Source: Negaprion brevirostris
Lineage: Eukaryota
Assembly: GCA_030324005.1 (NCBI GenBank)
Contig: JARDVH010000059.1
Span: 83,776,783 to 83,840,782 of the forward strand
Reading direction: 5' to 3'
Length of the DNA stretch: 64,000 nt
Below the pieces are notes generated by a model that searched no databases, was not told where the DNA came from, and saw only the letters and a program-made list of their open reading frames with translations. A program made the position numbers and the translations under genes. Shown one piece after another: positions 13,181 through 25,494 of the stretch. How positions within the stretch are numbered: position 1 is the stretch's first letter; each line of letters opens with the position of its first letter.

Positions 13181-13295
13181 GATCAAAACCTTTCCGATGT
13201 ACTCTGTGCAACTTTGCCACTGCACAGTTAGGAGATGCCCGTAATCATGTCAAACGGCACCTTGGTGTTCGCGAGTACAAGTGTCACATATGTGG
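13181..13295 (+). CDS. ZNF407: Internal coding exon of zinc finger protein 407 (one C2H2 finger plus the start of the next)
   Basis: Acceptor tttttttaaattcag|GA at 13180/13181 and donor GG|gtaagt at 13295/13296. 115 nt, phase 1 to phase 2. Translates (G)SKPFRCTLCNFATAQLGDARNHVKRHLGVREYKCHIC(G), a CxxC-x12-HxxxH finger closely matching the vertebrate ZNF407 peptide as I recall it (GSKPFKCKICHFATAQLGDARNHVKRHLGMREYKCHVCG). Confidence 0.93.
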
Positions 13296-15414
13296 GTAAG
13301 TGCTCCAACAATGCATTCTATTTTCCAAAGGGAATTTCTGAGAATTTTTCTAAGATGAGGCTAAAAACCCTGAGTGTCAGAAGATGTGAAACAAACTGTC
13401 TGTCTTTTCACACACAGCTTTTATTACAATTTGCAAATATTACTCACTTTAACAAAGGTGCCGCATGTTGTGCTTTCCTCCATTACATTCAGCATGGTTG
13501 TAAAGAGCAGCTTGTAGTTTAATGCGTATCTAGAACGAGGACATTTTTGACACATGCGTTTCATTTCAACCTGTGATGTTTGAATTAGCTGAATTAAATA
13601 TTAATTACCGGGACTAATTCTCATTCTATTTAGAAGCCAGTAAAACACTATTTGGATTGAAGGTTTACTGCTGGTAAATGGTAAGGAACTGGACTAGTCT
13701 CAGAACTAAAGTCACTAGATGTGCCTAAGGAAAACAGTGAGGAAAAAGAGCATCTAATCTGAGTAGCAGTGGAAATGATGAATGTATAGAATTTGAAAAA
13801 GGTGCCTGATTTTATTATTTACAGCCTTGTGTATGATAGCAAGTGAGCGATCACTTGCAGACATGGAACACCAGAGGCAAAGAAATGTATACTTGGTGAA
13901 GTTTGTTTCATTTAAATTAAAAGACAAAGAATTCAGAATGCAGTCTTGAACTCATCGAGCTGCTTTCAGCTATCAAACTGAACTTGGAGGAGTGGAAATA
14001 GTATGTTAAGATTTCCACGATAAATCCACTGAAAGAATGCTTTAAAATTAGTTGATTTATTTATAAACGATGTTTTGAGTCTGTTTATTGCCTGTTGTAA
14101 ATGGAATAATGAGTGGTGAGTAGGTTCAACAAGCACATTTTTGTGTCTGTGTCACATCTGTTAACCATTTAGATGATTACAGGTTTAGGATTTCTTCCAT
14201 GAAAAGCGAACCTAATAAAAGGATCCTCCTTGTGCATATACACTGATTGCCAGGCTTCATGTTAATAGCTACCATCTTGGGCATTCAGACCTCAGTGGCA
14301 ATTTGAAATCAATACAGAATCGATATTTTAATCCCGCTCATTTTCATGCTAAGCTGTTGGCAAGGCACACATCTGCAGAGATCTTAATGACGGGCGTGAA
14401 AACTCTGCAGCTATTATCCTGGAGGTTGAAAACTCAGCCAATTTATGAATTAGAAGGCTGGGGGTGCCTCATCATAAAGGAGTTTTCAGTAATGTTACTT
14501 TAACAGCAGCTTTAAATTCTACAAAGTTCTGTTCAATGCATTGAGTCTCCATCACATTGCTGTTAGAGTTAAATGTTCAGTAGATCAGTGGCCCAAGTAT
14601 GATTTTAGTTATAAAGCTCATGCAGTATTTTTGTTTTGAAGTACTTTGCAGTTTTCTTTAAATTTCCAAACTTTATCCTCTTTTATGCAAAGTTCTAAAA
14701 TTAAATTCTCACCATTTTCCAAAAAGAGTCCACATGTTATGTCAGTGCAACTGCATAACAAACAGAATGCTGTGTTGTGTTTAATCGTTGGTTATCTGCT
14801 GGTCAATTAAGGAAGAATTACTGAAATTTGGATGGGAGAAGGTATCGTTTTCATCTCAGCATTTCATTTATGAGCTGAAAAATGGAGTTGTGGATGATGT
14901 TGATATTTTGATTTTAGTGACCATTATTAACATGACTAGTGCCATTAATTATACCCTGTTTAAATGGAAGTGATTTGATGGCTTTAACACTTCACATGGT
15001 TGTGCAGTGATGCAACAACAGAAGCGGTAGTAACACTTACAGACCCTTCTCCCAAATGTCATATTTTAGTCATCAAACTTCTGTAGTGAATATATTTTAT
15101 GTATTAAAAAGTCAAGATGTGTTAGCTTTTTAAGAATATATTTTGTTGATGTACTTTCTGCTTAGTGGCATGTTTGTCCACATCTCCTTGCCTCCTCCCT
15201 TAAGTGGTATAGAGTCTCCTTAGAATTGCCTCTCTTTCAGCTGTTTGTAATAAAGGTGGGTAATGAATGAGTCTCCTCAACTCAGAGGAAAATGGGTTTG
15301 TTAAGTGTTTTACTGAATCTTATCAGTCTAGATGAAGGTACGTGAGAGACATGTCGGACAATAAGGACATTTTGTAAACTTACAGTAAAGCATTTGGGTT
15401 TGTAGGAAGAAGAT

Positions 15415-15610
15415 AAATTTGCATTTCTGTAGCACCTCCCATGACTTCAAACTGTACTGAAGCCCTTTACAACTTACGAAGTGTAGTCTGTGCGGTAATG
15501 TAGGAAACGTGACAGCCAACTTAGACAGTACGCTCCCGTAAAAAGCCATGTGATCATAACAAACTCATCTGTTTTGAGGATGTTGGCTGAGGGATACGTA
15601 CTGGCTCAGG
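15415..15610 (-). mobile_element. Deu-SINE 3' part
   Basis: aatttgcatttctgtagcacc...gtaatgtaggaaacgtgacagccaac...gttggctgagggata. Confidence 0.7.
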
Positions 15611-15699
15611 AAATGTTTGATATTTGATGTGGAAACTATTGGCTGTGTTTAATTTATTGGCAATTGTATATATGGTTCTGTCCGTAGCAAACTTCTGGA

Positions 15700-17620
15700 G
15701 AGTTTGCTTGGTGGTGAATTCTGAATTGGTTTTATTAGAAGTTACAAAATGCCAGTTAGAAGCTGGGGCAGTTGAAAATATGCTAATTTGGATGTCTTGG
15801 TAGTGGGGAAAAATGCCATTTATCAACTTGTTACCATTAAATATCACCTGTTGGTAATGAATTAAACACATCAGCAATAAATTGCTGCTTGCACAGAAAC
15901 TGCTATTGATGAATAATTAACCTTGTTCAATTCAGCTGCTGTCATGCGTACATTCAAAGAAAATGGAAAGGACTATTCATTTTGTTTGTTTAAAAACATT
16001 TAGCGTGTGCGAGCAGTGTCGGCAAGTTCCCTCATTTTCTGAGACTGTTTCTCGAATTGGCTATTTTTATCCATTGTTTTTTCTGCTGCAAAAGTTTGTA
16101 TTTATTTTCCCAGTTGACAGATCCATGAAAGCGGATCACACACAGGTTTAGAGTGATTATTTAACCTGATTCTTGCAGCAAAGCATTGGCTTACTCTGCA
16201 GTCATTTTGCTTAAAATGTACAATGCTTAACTATTCTAATGTAGCTTTTTGACTCCGTAGTCTGCGTTTCCTGTTGGCCTGCCTTGCATTAGGCTAAACT
16301 ATTAAATGTGTTAAATATACTGGCCAGAAAGTGCCCTGGTAAATCTTGAAAATGGTTTCCAGTGTGCAAGTTCTGGCTTGTGAGGATTAATAATTGCTGT
16401 ATTGGGCTGCGCTGCTTGTGATGGAAAACATTGGTGCTTCATCTGGTCAGCANNNNNNNNNNNNNNNNNNNNNNNNNNNNNNNNNNNNNNNNNNNNNNNN
16501 NNNNNNGGGGGGGGGGGGGGGGGGGGGTAAGGGAGGAGGGGAAGGGTGGTAGAGACCCAAGTAGCAGGAGATATTGCGATGCTCGGAGAATTGACCCCTT
16601 CAGTATTTGTTAAGCTTTAACATTAATTAAGTGAATATGCAAATTAAGTGCTAGTATCAGCTTGATGGTTGAAATGATGCAACATTTTACATTAACACCA
16701 TGACAATGTCAATTCATTATCATCAATGACTAAATAATTTAGGAAATGCTCGATGGGCCCATTAGTTCCTCAACATAAGCAGCTCATGCTGCATTCCTTC
16801 ATTACCATAATTTTTTCTGGATTATATTTTAAGGGGTGAAGTGATCTTTCAGCAACATTAGCTCTGTAGTCAAAAGCAGCAATCCAGTGTGGAGTCTTTG
16901 CTTTGCTAAAATGCTTGATATTTCATTAGTAAAATACAACATCTATATTTAAAATAAATTACGTTGAATAAAATATGACTTTTATTCTAAGTATGTTGCG
17001 CAAAAAGTACTCAAATGACTTTTTCTAAAGACAGGTAACGTACCTGAGTTGAGGCAGGCAGGTTAATGCAAATTTTTCTTTCCTGCTTATGACTGTTACA
17101 CTGTAGATAAAATACAGCTGTAAACAGTTACAATTGCTGTAAAATTGTTGTTAGTTGCATTACCTTGTTTAGAGGATGTGAGGGGATCTCTTTGAAGATG
17201 ATTATAATGTCACTTTCTGACCTTTGCAGCTTGAATAATTGTAAATCATTGCTTCATAATGTGTCAAAGAATGTCTGAACTAGGCAATTAAATGGTAGAA
17301 TATAATAGACCAAATTATTGCCTGTCATGTTTTCAACAACACAGTTAGTATTTGAGTTACACTTAATCATTACATGCATTAACAACTTCATTGGAATCTG
17401 GCACCAGGCTGGGCATGAAATGCGTCGCATTATTTAAATCTTCAATGGTTTAAGTCACTTATTTCTGGTGAACTGTTCCAACACGGAGATTTTCATGAAG
17501 TGGGCAGTCCCAAAGGGCATAATTCATTTGCATCAAAGTTTTAGTACCAGATTACTGTGCATTGTTTTGTAGCAAGATAGCACAGAGCTAAAAGAGCCAG
17601 AAGTTCATAAAAAAAATTTT
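15700..17620. promoter_or_regulatory. Candidate cluster of conserved non-coding/enhancer elements
   Basis: No recognisable repeats; rich in TAAT/ATTA; octamers at 16637, 17066 and 17526 (reverse). Conservation is inferred, not measured. Confidence 0.5.
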
Positions 17621-17799
17621 GTGCGCTGAACAACTTGGAGGCAGAGACATTCAGTAGTTGTGCAGCCTGATGTACAGCAATATTTCAGTTCAGCTTACCT
17701 GTGTTAATAGCACTCCAGGCTGAATGGCATGTTTGCTGGAACCACTCCTTGTTTGGATTTCTTTTGCCTTTTGCGTGCCCGCTCCATATTGGGATCTGT

Positions 17800-17970
17800 A
17801 ATGAACCATTCAGCCTCTCAAGCCTGTTTAGTTTGAAAATGGCTGGTCACTACCTTAATTTGCCTATCTGCCCCAGTTTTGTAACTTTTATTACCCTTAA
17901 CTACCAAAAAGCTATCAGTCCCAGTAATGAAATTTTCACTTGATGTCTATCCTCAACAGCTTTTTGGCTG
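17800..17970 (-). mobile_element. Old CR1 3' tail
   Basis: accattcagcctctcaagcctgtt...cctcaacagctttttgg. Confidence 0.55.
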
Positions 17971-18054
17971 TTATTTTGCATAAAGGGTGAAAACGGAAAA
18001 TTCTTAAATATTATCTTTGGGTTAATTCGCAAATATTAGTAATGCATTAAATAT

Positions 18055-18220
18055 CACATTTATATTGCACCTTGCATGACTTTGGGATGTCCCAAAGTGT
18101 TTTACAGCCAATTGAGTAATTTTTGAAGTGTAATAAGTACTGTAATGCAGGAAGCAATTTATGCACAGCAAGTTCCCACAAACAGCAATGTGATAATAAC
18201 CAGATAATTTACTGCTTTTA
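18055..18220 (-). mobile_element. Deu-SINE 3' part
   Basis: ggatgtcccaaagtgttttacagccaattgagta...cccacaaacagcaatgtgataataaccagataat. Confidence 0.75.
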
Positions 18221-18991
18221 GTAAGTGACTGGTGATCTCCTGTTCATGATCTGTTTCCAATCTCAGAATGCCATCAACTGGAGGGGGAAATCAGAGGTCA
18301 TATTTTCCCCAAGGGAAAGGAGCAAAGGGCAAATGGGGTGAACCTACATTTAGCATTTCTCGTCAATGATTTTCTGATTGACTTGAAGATTGGCAGGTAT
18401 AAAATCATACAGACATGTTGCCTGACTTCAGTTGTGCTTTGGGACTGTAATTCTATGACTGAAAAAGTTGATGGGGAGAGGAGAAAACAACCTGTAAACA
18501 AGGGAGAGGGAGACACGCTTAATTACGCGACTGGGTGAGTTGAGAAATCATCTCTACTCATCAGTTTTATACCACTTGGACTTTATTTTGGCTTTGTTGC
18601 CACTCCACTTTGGTGCTAAGCTGCATTTAGAAAGTTCTCTAACTGTCTTTTGGACCACCTGGCAAGTTTATAAACTCACTTTTGAATCTTGCTGATGCTT
18701 TGACCACATGCTCATGTTATCAATAGCTTATTGCCTGGGATGTACAACTCACAAGCATCCAAGATACATTTGTTATCATGAACTCCATTGTGAGGTATAG
18801 TCAGCTGTATGACTTGTGTCTTTGAACCTTATCAGATCTTGAAATTGATCCACAGAACCATAATGGAATTTGGAGAACTGAAAGTCTTCCTTATGCTGAT
18901 GTCAGCCTGGGGCAGTGGGTTAAGAATAATCTGATTTTTGAAATGATGCACTTGAGGTGGCTACAGGGTAATGCTTTAGTGAAATGTATCA

Positions 18992-19330
18992 CTTTTTTAT
19001 TCATTCATGGGATGTGGGTATCACTGGTTGGGCCAGCATTTATTGCCCATCCCTAATTGCCCTTGAACTGGGTGGTTTGCTAAACTCATTTCAGAGGTCT
19101 TTTTAAGAGTCAGCCATAGTACTGTGGCTCTGGAGTAACATATAGGCCAGATCAGGTAAGGATGGCAGATTTCCTTCCCCGAAATGCAATAGTGAACCAT
19201 ATGGGTTTTAAGACAATGATTTCACGGTCATCATTCGATCTTTGATTCCAAATTTTTATTGAATTCAAATTTCACTGTCTGCTGGGACGCGAACCTGGAT
19301 CCCCAGAGCATTACATTGGGTCTCTGACGC
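18992..19330 (-). mobile_element. Shark tRNA-SINE with gggatgggcaataaatgctgg tail
   Basis: tattcattcatgggatgtggg...ccagcatttattgcccatccctaattgccc...gaacctggatccccagagcattac; same family at 28360, 33605 and 47600. Confidence 0.8.
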
Positions 19331-19599
19331 CCTTTGTTGAATGGATATGTGTAGAGTTGAGTACCTTGGCAGCAGAGTGGGGAAGCTAACCAAGCAATAT
19401 TTTGAAGGTGTTAGAAACAGGCCTTAGTGATGGATCAGATGTGCAGTGTGAGGGCTCTGATTTGGGTCAAAAGGAATATCTGGAGTATGCATCGAGCGTT
19501 TTCTCTGACGTAGCTTAAACAGGTCAGGGATCAAACCAAGTGTAGGAATGTTGATAATCATTGTATGACGAAATTCATAAATACACCTAGATTCAACAT

Positions 19600-19955
19600 T
19601 ACACAGAATTGCATAAATAGACCATTTAGCTCAAATATGTCAGTGTTTATGCTTTACATGAACCTCCACCATACCCTTCCATTCCTTTCTCCCTTATATG
19701 TTAATCTCGCCTCCCCTAAATAAACCTCAACCACTCCTTGTGGTAGCAAGTTCCATATTCTCACCACTCTCTGGGTGAAGATGTTTGCCCTGAATGCTTT
19801 ATTAGTAACTATCTTAGTTATAGCACCACCCCCCCCACCCCCCCCCCACCCCTCCCGAGTTTTGGTCCCTTGCCCCACAAGTAAAAACCTCTTATCTAGG
19901 CCTATGCTACCAACCCTCTTCATAATCATAAAGACCTCAATAAGGTCTTTTCTAG
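19600..19955 (-). mobile_element. CR1 3' fragment
   Basis: Peptide RKDLIEVFMIMK...FTQRVVRIWNLLPQGVVE. Confidence 0.8.
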
Positions 19956-20764
19956 AAGATGATTGTTGAATATCTGTGAACAAATGCAACCCACCTCTAT
20001 TGTTAGCTGCCAATCTGGAAACAAATAACACTGGTTTAGAATGCCCTGGCACATTATTTTACTTGCTGTGTTGGTGTTGCACTAATTGAAGTGTGATTTT
20101 AAAATTCTGATTTTTGGTTTTGTATTGATTAGGATGAACAGTTTTATTGTCCGTGCTGTTCCAAAAGCAAAAATCATAAAATGGTAGCTCCTTTCCTCTG
20201 GTGCCCACACTGCATATCAGTTTCTAGCCCAGGGCTGAAAGCTGGTTTGCTGCTTAAGTCGGTGTAGCTTTTGAGTTCTTCCTGTTGGGAGCTGCAACAA
20301 TGGTTTAGGATCTCTCTGCTCAGGTCTCAGTTTTCTCTTTGTGTGGCATGCTTGCTCCCAATGGCATGACTTAAATGGAGAATTTAGCTCTTGATAACTC
20401 CTGAGTGCGAGCACATAGCTAGCAAATTAAGCACCCAAGCACATTCGGCTCAGAATTACCCCCTTTGTCTTTCTCTCCGTTAGGTAATTTCACTGGCTGG
20501 ACAACAATCGCATCTCTGATGGGCAAACTGCTGCCTGGCCAGCAGCTTTTGAAGTGGTATCTTTGTGACAAAGTGCTTAGCCTCTACTTAATCCCACCAA
20601 AATCTATCTGAGGTGGTGAACTCAGTTAGAACTAGTTTTGACTGCCTAGACAGAGAGGAATTTCCTAGATTTTATCCCTGAAACCCAAATTGGCTTTCTA
20701 TTGTAGGTATGAATTCAAGTCCCGCCACGTTGTGCTGTTGTAAACATTTCACCTTGAAGCAAAG

Positions 20765-21205
20765 ACAGAACTTGTATTTATATAGCGCCTTTCACATTCT
20801 CAGGATGTCCCAAGCGCTTTGCAGCTCATAAATTACTTTAAAATGTTGTCACTGTTGAAATGTAGTGAAATAAGCAAGCCAATTTATACACAACAATTTA
20901 TCCCACAAACAACAATATGCTCACAGTTTGATCATCTGTTTCAGTGCTGTTGGTGGAGAGATGAAAATTAGTTAGGGCACTGCAGACAACATCCTGTCCT
21001 TCTTCAAAATGATCTTTTACGCACAGCTGAGAGGGAAGATGAGGCCTTGATGTAATATCTCTTCCAAAAGACAGCACCTTGGACAGTGCAGCACTCCCTC
21101 AATAGTGCACTGGGAGTGCCAGCCTGGATTACGTTTTCCAGTCTCTGAAACCACAACCTTCTGAATTAAAGGCAGTTGTGATAGCCAGGTAACCACAGTT
21201 AACAG
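20765..21205 (-). mobile_element. Near full-length Deu-SINE
   Basis: aacttgtatttatatagcgcctttc tail through aaagacagcaccttggacagtgcagcactccctc (Deu domain) to ccacaaccttctga. Confidence 0.82.
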
Positions 21206-21312
21206 CTTCAGATTTTCAGCATCTATAGCATTTCACTTTGTTTAAGGACCAAATTAATCTTGTTCATTGAAGGAGGAGATTAATAGTTCAAGTTCTTTCA
21301 ACAAACTGCTGT

Positions 21313-21469
21313 CTCACAGCACCAGGGAACTGGCTTCGATTCCAGGTTTGGGTAACTGTCTGTGCGGTTCCCTCTGTGTCAGCATGGGTTTCCGTTGGGT
21401 GCTCCAATTTCCTCCCACAGTCCGAAAGATGTGCTGGTTAGGTGAATTGGCCATGCTAAATTCTCCCTC
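21313..21469 (+). mobile_element. HE1-like V-SINE (tail B), running into an N gap
   Basis: ctcacagcaccagggaac...ttcgattcc...ggccatgctaaattctccctc. Confidence 0.85.
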
Positions 21470-21857
21470 NNNNNNNNNNNNNNNNNNNNNNNNNNNNNNN
21501 NNNNNNNNNNNNNNNNNNNNNNNNNNNNNNNNNNNNNNNNNNNNNNNNNNNNNNNNNNNNNNNNNNNNNNNNNNNNNNNNNNNNNNNNNNNNNNNNNNNN
21601 NNNNNNNNNNNNNNNNNNNNNNNNNNNNNNNNNNNNNNNNNNNNNNNNNNNNNNNNNNNNNNNNTGGTTTCATGGGTAGCCCTCTAATCTCTCATTCATG
21701 AAGGGGTCTCCGCAACAATTTTTTGATGTCCTTCAGGAAGTATATCAGACTTGAGCCTGATCTTTTTCTCATCAGATTACGATATGAAGAACAAAATGGC
21801 TATCAGGAGCAGAAATGCTGATGATCTTAAGAAAAAACTTCTGTCCCCTTGCCTACT

Positions 21858-22183
21858 ACAGAATTACAGAATCCCCACAGTGCAGGAGGTGGCCATTTGG
21901 CCCATTGAGTCTGCACTGAACACAATCCACCCAGATCCTATTTCTGTAATCCCACATATTTACACTGCTAATCTCCTGACACTAGGGTCAATTTAGCATG
22001 GTCAATCAATCTAACCTGCACATCTTTGGACTGTGGAAGGAAACTGGAGCACCAGGAGGAAACCCACATAGACACGGGGAGAAAGTGTAAACTCCTCACA
22101 GATAGTGACCCGAGGCTGGAATTGAACCTGGTTCCTGGCGTTGTGAGGTAGCAGTGCTAACCATTGTGCCACTGTGCTGCCCC
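21858..22183 (-). mobile_element. HE1-like V-SINE with CR1-type tail (tail A)
   Basis: agaatccccacagtgcaggaggtggccatttggcccattgagtc tail; head ends gctaaccattgtgccactgtgctgccc. Confidence 0.88.
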
Positions 22184-22299
22184 ACTGTGTACTGTGGTGC
22201 TCAAACTAACGGACAGAAATCAGGTAATGCAACACAAACTTAAAAAAAGCCTGGCCCCTTTTATTTTCCTTATAGTCCAGTATCAGAGCAGTTTTCTGT

Positions 22300-22300
<1 letters not shown>

Positions 22301-22345
<45 letters not shown>

Positions 22346-22349
22346 TATT
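22301..22349. repeat. (ATCATT)n/(ATT)n microsatellite
   Basis: tatcattatcattatcattatcattattattattattattattatt. Confidence 0.95.
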
Positions 22350-22859
22350 TTGAAATACTCTCTTTAAAAAGGCAGGATTATCATTACCTTCCATTCTCTT
22401 GCAAGTTAGAGTAGAAGACCAGGCTGCAAATTATAATGGTGAGAGAGAAAAATGAGAGCAGACTTTGTCACATTTTGGAAAGAATGGTCAACTCTTTTGA
22501 ATGCCTGTTTTAGGACTGCTGCCGTTATTAGTTGTGTCATGATGTTCCCAGTTTGTTCTCACTGTCCCTCAATTTGAAAATTGGCTGCCAGGTGTCCTCA
22601 ATCAGATGACTGAGTCCTGATAAGGTATAATCAAATTTAAATTTTCCTAGACTGTTGCACTTATGTTATACAGTGAAACATGCTTATTATCGCATCATTT
22701 TATATCATAATCTGATTATCATAGAACTCCAAAATGGCAAACCATTTTCAATTAATTTCCCTATAATTTAACCCAATTTATGTTATGATAGAGCACATTC
22801 AAAGCTGCACGACCCCTCTCAGTTTTTATTTATTTTTTTATTATTTTGAAAGTCTTCCT

Positions 22860-23330
22860 CGAAATAATTACCTCCTGCAAAAAAGCCAGAATTTTTTTTT
22901 CAAGATGCACGAATTCAAGTAATAATAAGATGTCATGGTGTTTCATGGCTGGATTGATTGAGCGCATTTACAGTGAACACAGGGAAGCTGAGCATCTACA
23001 TCAGCTAGGTGATTGTCTGGATGGCTTCTTTTTAGGTGAGTTAATATCCTATACGTTGCTACGTTTGATCGTAAAGCAGCTCAATTATATAAACGAGAGG
23101 TTATTCATGTTTACGAAAATATAATTGCACTCCATTCTGTACCAGTGCAATTTAAATTACGGTTCCCCCCCTTTATCTACCCCCCACCTCACCCCAACAC
23201 CACCACGATGTCATTGCAACTTTTGGAAGTGATGTTTTGGCAGCAACGCGAGTCTTGCAAAAGCATCAAGGGTATATTAACGCATCAAAATGAATGGATT
23301 TCTAATGGCTAGAAAACATGTAATTTGGAA
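22860..23330. promoter_or_regulatory. Candidate conserved non-coding element
   Basis: Unique sequence that retains CpGs, inside a repeat-poor 3 kb; contains TGATTGA, a 9-bp inverted repeat and splice-like signals. Confidence 0.45.
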
Positions 23331-25494
23331 GAACTCAATAATTTTGGGATCAATCAAAACTGAAGAAACTTTAGTATGTCTGCAACTTTACTAAATACAG
23401 CTTTATTGAAACCTTGGCAGATGAAGAATTAACCCGTTAACTCTATGTTCTGTTAAAAAAAAGTCAGTGTTTCAGTGTAAAATATGCGGTTATTTAATAT
23501 GTAAATCTGTGAACACATTAGAATTATTCAATATTTAAAGGTGAACCTTTTTCTAATAAAATTGAAGAAAAGGGAAAACTTCAGCAGGATGATGTTGAGA
23601 AACAGTAATTCATGTAAACTGAAATCGGTTTTGTGATTGGAATCGTAAAATATATTTCACGTCTGCACAGCACACCAAACTCATTTGAAGATCTTTCAGT
23701 TCAGACCTAGCATTAGCCACATAGGAGGATCTAATACTTTACTGTTCAATCTGGATTGATACATGCAAGAGTTAGCTGATTGGGATTCCTCCGGTATAGG
23801 CTTCCTTTCTGGAAAGGGATCAGGATTCAAAGATGTTAATTAATGAGTGTTGCAATGGAACTGTAACGTAGCATCAGAAGGAATTATTATTTAATAAAAC
23901 ATAGCTGAAATCTGTATCTGATCAGCGTGATTTTGCTTTTCAGTTTAAGGGAATTATCCAGGAATCTATCCATATTTTGAGTCAGCTTTCTTTTCAAAGA
24001 AAATCCATATTTCATGCAGTAATTAAGAACAAAATGTGAAGGCATAAATGTCTGGATAATGGGGTATCTTTACCTTTTTGGCTTTTTGGTGTGTGTTGCC
24101 AGTGCAGTTTGCTGCAGCTTGACATGCCAAGGGACATCACACTGTTTCATGCTTGTGTGAAGACTTCATATTCTCATGCAGTTTTTAATTGAAAGTTTAG
24201 GTAGCTTACCCATGAAAAATTAATTCATTGTCTTTACCTACCTTTAAAAAAAAATTTCACAATTTCTGCTGTGGCTTGAGAAAGACAAGCTGGGAGTTAT
24301 GATTAAAACTGTCTGGACTGTCATCTTTAAAGGACAGATCTAAAATACCATGTTTTGAAATGACATTATTAAAATAGTGGAAATTACACGTTGGTTATGA
24401 AAAAATGTTTTGAGAAGATTCGTGAATCTTGTACTTGCAGTTTTTCAGGAGATGAAGTTAATGACTGATTAACAACAGCAATTAAAAGATGAGAAAAAGG
24501 CATATAATTAAAATTGCAGCACTTGCTTTGTCAAGTAAGCGTGTCATCTATTGTATAGTTGTTAAAAGCAAAAGGAAAGAAACCAGCATTTAATTTAGTC
24601 TCGTTTTAAACAGGAGACTGATAATTTGCCTGTAGATGCATGCTTGAAGGTTGTAACTCATGTTTANNNNNNNNNNNNNNNNNNNNNNNNNNNNNNNNNN
24701 NNNNNNNNNNNNNNNNNNNNNNNNNNNNNNNNNNNNNNNNNNNNNNNNNNNNNNNNNNNNNNNNNNNNNNNNNNNNNNNNNNNNNNNNNNNNNNNNNNNN
24801 NNNNNNCAAAGTGGAAAAAGGAAAGATTTAGTGGGAGTAAAAGGTTGAAGAATGTAATTTGTGCATTCATTTTGCTGCTCAGAATTATGAATTGTCTAAT
24901 GGTGATATAAAAGCCTAGCTGATTCTTAGATGGAAATGTGCTATCCCTTAACAAATAAAGCCATCAGAATGACAGTCTATGATTAAATTGATAGTGGGGG
25001 TAAGTTCATGGTAAGAAACATTGCACAGTATTTGAAATGTATTCTGAATAAAAGTTGACCCCCAAGATTTGGAACATTCAGTATATATTTTTAATAGTAT
25101 TATTATTCTGCTGTTGAACCAGACTACTGTAAGTTAATGCAGTGCCCTTAATCTTCCATGGCACAATTTAATTGGCTTCTTGTGGAAATAGATTATTTCG
25201 TGATGAAATTGCTTCGTAATTTGATAGTGGAGAAAGTGACACCTGCTTTTAACACCTTGAACAGTTGAACTTCATGCTGTCCTAACAACTATGGGTATAA
25301 TAAATTCTAAAAAGTGTGAGCCAAAGCACATTTTTTGTTGATTTGTGTGTACAGAATAGCTCTCAGAAATTGAATTATGAATTGTAATTTTATGTAGACG
25401 TCTTCATACAATCATTCAGTATTTGTACCTTAATCTGTCTTGTGCACTTTCCAGGAATGAAACTAACAACGTAATCAATTTATAGAAAGGAAGA

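Noticed and set aside
13235-13522. 95-aa ORF overlapping the ZNF407 exon
   Set aside because: Wrong frame; the zinc-finger frame is defined by the splice sites.
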